The notes below the pieces were generated by a model. That model was not told the DNA's origin and did not search any database. It saw only the letters and a list, made by a program, of their open reading frames with translations. DNA of 64,000 nt. Source: Squalus acanthias (Eukaryota). Positions 24,759 to 35,989 of the stretch are shown here, piece after piece. Numbering within the stretch: the first letter of the stretch is position 1; every line of letters begins with the position of its first letter. The DNA is taken from assembly GCA_030390025.1 (NCBI GenBank), contig CM059425.1, positions 164,178,001 to 164,242,000 on the forward strand. Direction: 5' to 3'. The translations under genes were made by a program, and so were the position numbers.

Positions 24759-26348
24759 CACCTGCTCACTGATGCCCAGTTTAGGTTCCGCCAAGACCAC
24801 TCAGCTCCCGACCTCATTACAGCCTTGATCCAAACATGGACAAAGGAGCTGAATTCCAGAGGTGAGGTGAGGTGAGAGTGACTGCCCTTGATATCAAGGC
24901 AGCATTTGACCGAGTGTGGCATCAAGGAGCCCTAGTAAAACTGAAGTCAATGGGAATCAGGGGGAAAACGCTCCACAGGTTGGAGTCATACCTAGCACAA
25001 AGGAAGATGGTTGTGGTGGTTAAAGGTCAATCATCACAGCCCGAGGACATCGCTGCAGGAGTTCCTCAGGGCAGTGTCCTAGTCCCAACCATCTTCAGCT
25101 GCTTCATCAATGACCTTCCCTCCAACATAAGGTCAGAAATGGGGATGTTCACTGATGACTGCACAGTGTTCAGTGCCATTCACAACTCCTCAGATAATAA
25201 AGCAGTCCATGCCCGCATGCAACAAGACCTGGACAATGTTCAGGCTTGGGCTGATCAGTGGCAGGTAACATTCGCAGCACAGAAGTGCCAGGCAATGACT
25301 ATCTCCAACAAGCGAGAGACTAACCACGTCCCCTTGACATTCAACGGCATTACCATCACTGAATCCCCCACCATCAACATCCTGGGGGGTCACCATTGAC
25401 CAGAAACTTAACTGGACCAGCCACATAAATACTGTGGCAACAAGAGCAGGTCAGAGGCTAGGTATTCTACGGCGAGTGTCTCACCTCCTGATTCCCCAAA
25501 GCCTTTCCACCATCTACAAGGCACAAGTAAGGAGTGTGATGGAATACTCTCCACTTGCCTGGATGAGTGCAGCTCCAACAGCACTCAAGAAGCTTGACAC
25601 CATCCAGGACAAAGCAGCCCATTTGATTGGCACCCTATCTACCACCTTAAACATTCACTCCCTCCACCACCAGCGTACCGTGGCTGCAGTGTGTACCATC
25701 TACAAGATGCACTGCAGCAACTCGCCAAGGCTTCTTTGACAGCACCACACAAACCCGCGACCTCTACCACCTAGAAGGACAAGGGTAGCAGGCGCATGGG
25801 AACACCACCACCTCCAAGTTCCCCTCCAAGTCACACACCATCCTGACTTAGAAGTATATCGTCGCTGGGTCAAAATCCTGGAACTCCCCACCTAACAGCA
25901 CTGTGGGAGTACCATCACCACATGGACTGCAGCGGTTCAAGAAGGTGGCTCACCACCACCTTCTCGAGGGCAATTAGGGATGGACAATAAATGCTGGCCT
26001 TGCCAGCGACACCCACATCCCATAAGCGAATAATAAAAAAAAAATTAGCAGTTTTCAAGGGGCCCATATTGCTCCTGACCAGCCTTTTTTTCCTAATATA
26101 ATTGTAAAAAAAAATTGTGTTGATTTTGATATCCCTTGCAAGTTTCTTTTCATGCTCTGTTTTTGTAGCTCTTACTATCTGTTTTGTCATCTTTTGTTCT
26201 TTGTATCTCTCCCAGTTGCCAAGATCTGTGCTAGTTTTTACATTGTTGTATGCTTTTTCTTTTAGTTTTGTGTTGTCCCTTACCTCTTTAGTTATCCATG
26301 GCTGTTTTCTTGGCCAGTAGAGCTCTTGCCCCTTCGGGGGATACAAAT

Positions 26349-26641
26349 GGGCAGGATTTTGTCTTGGGGTCAGGTTGGGGTCGTGTCATCCGCATTTCGT
26401 GTTTCCCCCACGACTCCAGATTAATGTGGATGAATGATGTAATTTTCACTTAATTGGGCAATTGAGTTCCAGCATGTGGGAACCCATGAACTAATTAGTG
26501 GTTTCAGTCTGAAAGTCGCCTCTGATGATGTCATCATTGCTGACTGTCTGGCTGTTGGTGAGAGAGGACCTGCCTGGCTTTTCATGTGAGTGGACCTGGA
26601 TGCAAAATGGATGGAGATGGAGAGAGAGAGAGAGAGAGAGA

Positions 26642-26697
<56 letters not shown>

Positions 26698-27218
26698 AAG
26701 AGAGAGAGAGAGAAGAGAAGAGAGAGAGAAGAGAAGAGAAGAAAGAGAGAGAAGAGAGAGAGAGATTTCTTTGCATCCAAGTCCTCTCACAGCAAAGGCC
26801 ATGCAGTCTCTGAAGTCATTCAATGCAGCAGCATCAGAGGCGACTTTCGTACTACTACTACCTTCATCACATCTCTGTTGTAATAGTGGACCTGCTGCTG
26901 ATAGTCAGCTATCCACTTGTGCTCCCGCCAGGTTTCACTGGAGTGTTTCACATCAGGCGTACTTCATGTCGGAAAAGGGTTAAACTAGCTAAAATGTTTC
27001 AAAATGGCATTACAGAGCCAATTTAGGGCTTGTTAAGGGCTTTAATGGCCTTTCCTGCCTCTTGGAGGCGGGACGGAGTCGGGAACCCCGCGACTGATTT
27101 TGTCAAAATTGCGTGGAGGCGGGATGGAGGCGGGAGGGGGTCGGGACCCCCGACCCCACAAATTTAACCCCCCACACGCCTCCAAACCCGACTCCATGGG
27201 TCATTCAAAATCCAGCCC
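26349..27218. mobile_element. Harbinger-type MITE, family B (inverted relative to 2828-3536)
   Basis: TIR GGGCAGGATTTT / AAAATCCAGCCC, TSD AAT. Confidence 0.85.
26619..26765. repeat. (GA)n/(GAGAA)n microsatellite
   Basis: About 145-bp pure purine tract. Confidence 0.97.
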
Positions 27219-28417
27219 AATTGTTTCTGTACCACATTAAATTCTTTTTTGAACACCTCCCATTGATCTTCTGTCATTTTACCCATTAATGGATTTTTTC
27301 CAGTTTACACTGGACAGTGTCTGTCTCATTGCATTGAAGTCAGTCTTACCTAAATCTAGAATCTTAGTAGCTGTTTAACCTTTCTCCCTTTCAAGCACTA
27401 CGTCGAACTCGATCATATTATGATCATTATTAGATAAATGTTCACACACCGTTGGGCTGTTAACTAAATCTGGCTCATTACTCATTACTAAATCTAATAA
27501 GGCCTGCCCTCTTTTTGGTTCTAGGACATATTTTTGCAGAAAACTATCCGGAACACACTCAAGGAGCTGGGGGTGTTCATGAAGCCTCCCCCTCCCATTA
27601 GTTGTCTGATAATCTACCAGCATTCATGACTGGATGTGGTATGCCTATAGAACATGGTTCTGCTCTGTTGGCTGTGGGAAAACTTAATTTGGTCTAAAAC
27701 CTGCTGCTTTTGGTAGTTAGCTCGCTGGTAGCCCTACGTTGTAGCTTCACTAGGTTGGTGCCTCATTTCAATCTTCTTTTCTTTGCCTGTAATTTAATGA
27801 GCTTCTTTGTTCTTCACAATGCCAGATGCTCAGTGCTACTAAAATATTTGCACAGTACTCCAAAGTCCATTCATTTTGACTTAAGGACTTGTTTTGAATG
27901 GCCATCTCCAAGCACTATTCAGTTTAGTTCCTGATAATTTATATCAAAATACCTTCCACATAGTATTGGTTATTGGCTGTAGAGTTCAGTGAGCCCAGGT
28001 GCTTTTCTATTTTGCCTGTCTCCTTGTGAACAATGAAATCTGTATTGCATTATGAGCCTAGGTCATGCTTGATATTTAGCAGCAATTAAAATATTTATAC
28101 CTGTTATATGATTTCTTCTACAAGTAGGGAAGTAATGTTGAGATAGTGGAAGTTTAGAGAATACATCCCTACCAAAGCATCCAAATATGTGTGTGAGTAA
28201 ATGCATCTAGTTTTGTTGGAAGCTTGCTTGCTGATGATGCCTTTACAGATGTAAGCATGATAGGTTGCAGTTACAAAGTGTGCCTGCTGCATTATGAACA
28301 TGAAGTTATGAGAAAGATACGAAGTTGTCTAAGTGCTCTCCATGTAGCAGTAGTCAAGTATCATGGATGCCAGTTTGTAGCCAAGTCAAGGTAAACAGGT
28401 TGAGAGAAAAACACATT

Positions 28418-30846
28418 GGCCTGGATTTTGCAGTCAGCGGCGAATGAACGGCGCTCGCCGTTTATTATGCTTACAGCTGTCCATAGACTTTTAGTGGGCC
28501 TTTGTGCATCAACTTAGGGTCACTAGAAATCAATTTCAGTGCGGTGTTCTCTACAGGGGATCTGGGACCTGTGTGAGCAGGACAAGCAACAGCGTGTCTC
28601 TTCAACCAATCAGATTGAAAAATCCTTACTGAGGCATGCAGGCCGCAATTTTGCTAACCTTGGCAGGTCTGTGGCGGGCGACGTCGGTGGCGGATCCCGA
28701 CCCCGCTGCTGGCTCCATCCCGCTGTCTGAAATTAATTTACCGAGATTGGGCTTGTTAAGCCCGCCCAGCGCATTTCCCGGCCAATTAGAGGAAGCAGGT
28801 CTGGTGACATAATTTGATGACACATCATCAGCCAGTTTCCTCAAAGGGATCATGTCCAAGTTTATTTTAACATTTCTGCTGTCAGTGTTCTACAGCATTG
28901 AGGTGCTGCAAACACTGACAATCACTGCACAGAGGTGCAGGGCTGCACCCAGGCTCTCTCATGACTCCCTCCATATGCTTATGGAGGGAGTCACAGCACA
29001 CAGGGAGGTTCTCTTCCCTTCCCATGGGTGGAAGAAACCTCCCCAGGAGATCAAGACAGCCTGGTTGCACATTGCAGAGGAGTGCACAAGCAGGGATGTG
29101 GTCAGGAGGACCTGGGTGCAGTGCTGCAAACGTTTCAATGATCTCAGTAGATCACGAAAGGTTAGTACAAAGCCACACTCAACCTCATCCTGCTGTGCCT
29201 CTCATCACATCCCCATCACTCTGCCTTCCCTACCCTACTCCTGCACATCCTTACTCACAGCAACTTACCTCGGACCTCCATCCATCCCTCTCTCTCTATC
29301 TACATTATCACATCCCCATCTCACTAGCCACCCTTCACACTCACTCTCATCCTAGTGCAATCATACCAAGTAACAACACACAAGGGTAGGCACTTGGGTG
29401 TTTTATGCAATGTCCATGTAAAGTTTCTGTTAATGTGGTATCAAATATTGAAATCTTTATTTTCAACACTTTGCATTCTTGGACAGATTTGTGTGCACTT
29501 TTGGAAGTGGCTTAGTGAGTTGCAGTGAATGGTGAGACATAATGGTACCCCTCACAATGGTGGTGAGTGTGAAAGGTCATTGTAGGGATGCTTTATGGTG
29601 TTGGTGTGGGGTGGTGCCAACCTGTCACATCATGTGGCAGCCAGGGTGCACAACGTCAAGTGAAGTAAATCTGGCCATGGTGAGGCCATCCTTGGCCTCC
29701 CGGGCAGCAATGTGGTCGGGTGCTGAAAGAGTATAAAGGGCACCCATGCTAATGGAATAGATGGCAGGTGAAGTAGAGATGACAGAAGCGATCTGTCAAT
29801 GGTGAGAGAAGTAATGAGGTCAGACTGGATGGAGACTTGTGTACAGACTTGCAGCATGGTGACTCTGTTGTGGAAATGCAGTGAGGAAGAGCTTGTGGCT
29901 GAGGGAAGATATCTCTGTAAGGTGGGAGCTTTTACTTGACATTTGAAGCTGTCAACTCATCAGCTGATTCAATGGCCACTGACCTCCCGCCTCAGCTTCA
30001 CAGATGTGGTCTAGCAACAGCGTGAAACCCATGGGCGAGCTGTCAAATTCAAAAAGTCAGTTTAAAACCATTGTTAAGTGGCTGTAACAAGCCACTAATC
30101 ATTTAAATTGGCTTCCCTGCTGCTGTGTTTCGGGTCTGCTCAGCGCTGACAGACCCGACATTTGGTAAAGACGTGTGGTGGCGGGTTCACAGTGGGGTCC
30201 CGACCCACTGGGGGAAAAAACACTTTCCCACCCAACCCACCACTGATCGCGCCCGCTGACACCCCCCGGAAAATTTCGGCCGCAGAGTCTAAACCAGGAG
30301 GAGTAAGTTAGAATATTCAATTTAATGTAAAATTATGTACAGAAAGCTAAATAAAGAGAGAGAAAGAAAGATGGGATTAAGAGAGAGAGAGAGAAAAGAC
30401 AGAAAGAAAGAGTTAAAAAAGTTATGTCAATTTTAATTAAAAAAAAATCTCCAACAATAATTAAAATCTGAAGAAATGAGACTCCACACATGTAGAAGTA
30501 AATTTTATGTGCCAGAGAGGTTGTTTGGTAGTAATTAAGACGTATCGGCCATTAAAAATTAATTTACATTTGAATGCACAAGCCCTAACTTTTACTGGCG
30601 TGTTTAGTGGGCATCTAGTGGGTAAGTACTGCAACTTCACGCCCTTCATGTGTTTGATTACCGAGTCTCTGGGCGAGGTACCGGTATAGTGAAGCTTGTG
30701 GAGGAGCAGGGCAAGTTGGACAGCAACTTCCGGGTTTCCATGTTTAACTGCACATGTGTGGACTCCAGAGTTTACTGTCCGATTTACTCCATAATAAAAG
30801 TGAGCACTGATAGCCTCACTGTTCTTCATAACACAAAATCCGGGCC
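28418..30846. mobile_element. Harbinger-type MITE, family C, host of nested element 28641-30281
   Basis: TIR GGCCTGGATTTTG / CAAAATCCGGGCC, TSD ATT. Confidence 0.85.
28641..30281 (+). mobile_element. Non-autonomous Harbinger, family E, retaining a Myb/SANT exon (~28921-29160)
   Basis: TIR GGCCGCAATTTT / AAAATTTCGGCC, TSD GCA; RAAPRLSHDSLHMLMEGV...AWLHIAEE...RTWVQCCKRFNDLSRSRK|GTTAGT. Confidence 0.85.
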
Positions 30847-32851
30847 ATTGTGACATTCATGCTTAGAATTACTAATATTTGGTATTCACCATCAAAATGA
30901 TTTCATTGAGTCAGCCACATTACAATTATTGAATAGATAGTTAGAAAATAGACATTTTCTCATCAAACCAAAAGTCATAGATATTAAGTAATCTGTCTTT
31001 CATTTCTTCCCTTGCTGTCTGTGTGTTTTAGAGACACAAAACACAAATTATAATACCTTTCAGTGAAAAAAATCAATTTAACAGGCCTTACCTATAATTA
31101 TTGAATAAGTAGACTGTTCTATTGGGCTCGAGGGTGGGTTTTTATAGTGAGAACCAAAAATCCAAAGCTTAGGAAAATATTAGCTTGCACCTTCCCTTTT
31201 TCATGAAACATCTCTCCACAGGACACACTGGGGTTGATAATGTAATGGCAGGTGCCCAACGCACTGGGGTGAAATGGGCTTCAGGTCCCTAGAGGCCTGA
31301 GGACTACTCTGCACCTGATGTGCAGGAGCAGCATTCGCCTTGTGGGGGCCCTATGAAAAGGTCCTGGTTGGGATCTCTACATTTTACTAGACTATGATAC
31401 TTGATACTACCCACATAACTTGGTGTCAAATCCACACACGTAAGATTGTGAAAAAGCATGTTTGTAATAGGTCGTATAAAAATAGTTGACAAAATGATAA
31501 GCAATAGCTAACAGAAAAGTAAATAACATTGAACGATTATAATGTCTTGAAACACCAATGTTGTTTCAGTGTATGAGCCATCTGATAAGTCAGAGACTAA
31601 TGTTTCATGCTTTAGCTGCAGCGAGGTTTTATCTAAGCAGTTGAGTGGTACTTAACAGTTTGTGAGAACTGAATTTGTCTTCTTCTCTCACCTCAGCCAT
31701 GACTGAGGGAGAATGAGTGGGGTAGGTGAGAAGGTGAGCACTGAGGTTGGAGCCCTCAGCCAGCTGCTGCGAGTCCCCTGGATTACGACCCTTATCATAA
31801 GAGAGCTGCAAATATTCTGCTCGGCTCACACACCTCTCAGTAAGTAAAATAATACGGCCCCATGGTCTAATCATTTGCGTAAGTTGTAAAAGTTGCCTTT
31901 CTTCACCCTTACGGCTTAACTAAATGTAATGAGGAGAAAGAGCTTGGATGTTCAGAGATCAGCTATTACCATTGTGTTGCTACCCTTTATCTGAATCTGC
32001 TCAGGCCCCTTGACTAGTTCGGGGCCCCGTGCAATTGCACTCGTTGCATGGTCCTAATGTCACACCTGCTGAGGCACATTACACGCCAAAATACTGCTCT
32101 GAGCTGCTTTGAGCACTTGCAGCCTGCACAGAGGCTCATTGCCACCTATAATTGTATTTTGCTGGTGTCCAGTTTATTCGGAGGAGAGGAGACAGGAGCA
32201 GTTTGAAATCTGGCGGGTAATGTCATCCCAGTGTCCTCACCTCTTTTTTGAACAGCAGACTTCCAGAAGGCGGATAGAACTTCCACCAGTCATGCCCCTA
32301 GAGTTAACTCCTCCCGCCTGCTCTTCGGAGCACGGACCTGGCGTTAGCGGGTCCCACCCCATTTTCCACCCCTTCCAGTTGTCCTTGAGAATTCTACCTC
32401 AGGTATGCCATTGGCCAGATGGAAATTCGAGGTCCAAAGGTTTTGAGAGCACGAGAAAGAACATCTGTACGGTCGAAATATTTAAATCAATTTTAGGTAA
32501 GTTTAAAAAGTGCCCAGGATGTCCAAGGGCCAATGTTCCCTTTAATTTTTGGGGGGTACACAGCCCCTTTGCAGTTACACTAAATATGCACCCTAAGTCA
32601 CTATTTAATTAGTATTTGTATTAATTTTATATATTTAAATAAGAAATACATTTCAACTCTTTAGAGGATCTTTAAGTAATCTCCAGTCTTTGTATCACAC
32701 AGAGGTAGATGGTTTTACAGTTGTCTACTTACTTCCATCTGATTGCTGACCTCAGACTCTCTATTAACATTGGTAATATAGGCACCATGCAGCAATAGAG
32801 AAAACCCCAAACATAACACTGTGTAATCTTATTTATATATTTTAATTAGGT

Positions 32852-33295
32852 GTCAGTGGTAGCACTCTCACCTCTGACTCAGAGGTTGTGGGTTCAAGTC
32901 CCACTCCAGAGACTTGAGCACATAATCTAGCCTGACACTCGAGTGCAGTACTGAGGGAGTGCTGCACTGTCAGAGGTGCCATCTTTCGGATGAGATGTTA
33001 AACCGAGGCCCCGCCTGCCCTCTCAGGCGGATGTAAAATATCTCATGGCACTATTTGAAGAAGTTCTCCCTGGTGTCCTGGTCAATATTAATCCCACAAC
33101 CACTAAAACAGATTATCTTGTCATTATTTCATTGCTGTTTATGGGAGCTTGCTGTGTTCAAATTGGCTGCTGTGTTTCCTACATTACAACAGTGACTACA
33201 CTTCAAAAGTACTTCATTGGCTGAATGCGCTTTGGGGGAGTCCTGAGATCTTAAAGGCGCTACATAAATACTAATTCTTTCTTTTCTTCTTTCTT
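32852..33295 (+). mobile_element. tRNA-derived SINE (DeuSINE/SacSINE1-like), near full length
   Basis: B box GGTTCAAGTCC, conserved central domain, (ttct)n tail. Confidence 0.85.
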
Positions 33296-33477
33296 AATAA
33301 ACGATTCTTTTTACTGAGCGTACATTTTAAGTCCTTAATCGATTTTCTGTGACATTTGAAAGAAAGAAATTAAGAAAGAGCAGTTTTATAGTACCTTTCA
33401 CATCCTTAAAATGTTATTTGGGATAACTGTTTGATCTATTATAAAGAAGTTATCTATAGTTCAAATCATTCCAGTTG

Positions 33478-33800
33478 CCCTGTCGACTCAATGGGTAAAT
33501 GCATTGAGTGCTATGGTGCTAAGACTTACAAAACAGGCCAGTGGTGAGTAAGCAGAGCTCAGCCGTTGCAGTGATGGGAGTGCTACAATTCGCCAGAATG
33601 TACCCAAGCTAGGGAGGGTAGAGAGCAGTTACGGTTCCTGTTGCTAATAGCTATACTCGTGATCCCTCGTGGGAGGTGTATGTGTGAATATTGTCTGGGG
33701 ATTGGACTAGATTCAGCTGTAATGTCACCAATTTAATAGGCTGCCAGCACTTTCTGTCGAGACTCATACAAGAAAATGACATTTGGGTAAGGTGCAGATG
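33478..33800 (+). mobile_element. Ancient, highly diverged SINE-like repeat (LF-SINE/AmnSINE-like from recall)
   Basis: Degenerate A-box-like head and gctacaatt...ctagggaggg...ggttcctg blocks. Confidence 0.4.
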
Positions 33801-35989
33801 GTCACCAACATCCATGATTGGTGCCTTAAAGAGAGGAGGAGAGAAAATGGGAGAATAAAAAGCATTCAAAACAAGTTAAAACAGTCATAAACATCAGAAA
33901 TTCATGCTACATGAAATACATGGAATAATCTATCAACATTTTTACATTTTAATAGCAAATTATCTGAGATTGTTTAATATGTTGAATGTTAATACATATC
34001 AGTTTATCGATGCTACATTGAATCATCCCAGAAATATTAGTACTATTTCCGATATTAGTTATTCATACCTTGTATGTACTTCAGAACAAAATGAATCTAT
34101 TTATGCTATCTGTCCAATGATTTAATTAGCAGGAATATTTAACCTCCCATTTTCTAATACATAGTCCTTGAGTGCCTCTCACATTATCTCACTGAGCTTT
34201 TTCAGAATCAATTAATTATTCATCAATTCAGCAGCTGTGGAATATGACATTTTGAATATTCAGTTCCAGTAATACAGTTGGATTTATTTACAATGTAAAA
34301 GATCACTCAGGTAACCCAGAGCTCAGATTTCAGTGGGCATGAAATAAAACAAATACAGAAAGCTAACCTTTTATGTTATGTACACTTGGACAACAGACAG
34401 CTGCTCAGTAGATCCTACAGTATGTGTACAAGTTACTTTCTCACAAAAGCTGATGACTTCCACTGTGTGGTTCTGAAGCTAATTTTGTTCTTTATAGATT
34501 TGGTACACTAACTTGTCTAAATACTGTATAGTTCTTTTTATAATTACGAACTGCAGTTCAGAGGATAAAAAAAAGTTCATAAATATTTTTATTTTATAAT
34601 GTTTTATGTCTAATAGATGAAATCCATCCTGAGATCTTAATTTAATGTTGCCAACATCAGTGACAACGAATAACTTTCATCCATTTTGAATAACAACATT
34701 TCAAAACTAACATTAAGGTACAGCAAGTTATGTTATCTCACAGTATCGTCTATAGTTGTGTATTGTCCCAGAGATCAACTGCTTTAATACCGTTGTTTGG
34801 GTTAAAAGATTAAGCTCATCTCAACTTATTCACTCTTTACATTACATGTTACCATGAACAGTTATAGATCTTAAGATATAGCGGTTGAAATTTTGCTCAG
34901 CAATATTTGTAATTCATTGATCAGTGCATTCAAGTGAAATTTTTCTCTATTGCACAGTAAAATGTATTTAAATATGTAGGCCAGGAAAATCCATAGCCCT
35001 TCCATAACTTCAGCGGGAGTCCACTGGAAGGGCTTCAGGTTAGGCCAGGACCCAAATACGTCAGGTCTCGGCCTAACAATTGGTCTGCTGGGGACAATAC
35101 CTCGGCCCACCCCAAACAAAGCCATGGTCATAAGGGGAGGGCAGGGCAAAGGGTGGGGACTTCCTACATTGAAAGTTCTTACATTTTCGACGCTCACAGA
35201 GAGCTGGCGTAGGGTCAGCAGCAGAGGTAACCAGCCATATCTCAATGACAAGCAGCAAAAGTGATGCCCAGCTGAGAACCCAGGCCAGCATTGTGGCTTG
35301 GAAACTTGAAGAAATGTTTTTTGTTTTAAATTTAAAGCGACCCTCTTAACAAAGGGGCATGAATTTTCTGTTTCTGGTGGATCCCTGCAACAGATTCCCT
35401 GGGTCAACATTTTTAAATCACAATTTGCAGCCTTTTCAGTGAGCAGAAGCCCAAGATGCGTCCCTAGTGGCACAGGCGCCTACCATTCAGATGTTAATTA
35501 GTTGATGATAAGCAGATACTGGAAGTCATTAGTTGAGTGAATAGGTTGAGATGACCTCATGAAATTTGGCAGGGTCAGTGTCAGAGGTCCCAGTTGGGTG
35601 CGTTTCAATACTTATGCTCCCACCTCTACAGATTTTCAGGGCAATGTGTGTACAAATATGTTAAAACATAAAGGCCTAGAAATTGGATAAGGCCCAAAAA
35701 CAGGCGAGGGTATTGCGATGCGCGACAACCCCACGCCCATTCCTTCCGAAGTAGGCAACATGCAAACTTCGTGATGCCTGTTAATTTAAATGACAGAAGC
35801 ATGCAGCCCAGCGCTAAATGCGCTGTTGAGTGGCTGCATGCCTCAGCAGGGGGCCCAAGTGCGTGCAAATTAAAACTAGCCTGCACTTCTGAAAGCCAGG
35901 CTACACCTCTTAAAGGGGAGGTACATTCTGGCTGCAGCAGGTACTGGAAGTCATTGTAGACGAGTGTGTGGCCTACAGGAAGAGTGAAA

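Larger units (their letters stand above)
21553..26044 (+). mobile_element. LINE (APE endonuclease + RT) with a tRNA-derived 5' head; internally deleted and interrupted by a Penelope-like element
   Basis: A box 21561-21571, B box 21626-21637; EN motifs KVLLTNIWGL (21952), PTRGKNLLDLVLTN, SDH; RT motifs LDIKAAFDRVWH, GVPQGSVL, FTDD; poly(A) tail ending 26044. Confidence 0.85.
20730..27570 (-). mobile_element. Old CR1 LINE split into 20730-21550, 26045-26348 and 27219-27570 by nested insertions
   Basis: KSPGPDG.HPRVLKEV (21218-21433), QPWITKEV (25915-26346) and LLDLVMSNEP...DHNMIEF (27375-27623) are collinear once the inserts are removed. Confidence 0.8.

Noticed and set aside
26421..26983. RE-rich and SL-rich ORFs
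   Set aside because: Translations of the GA microsatellite
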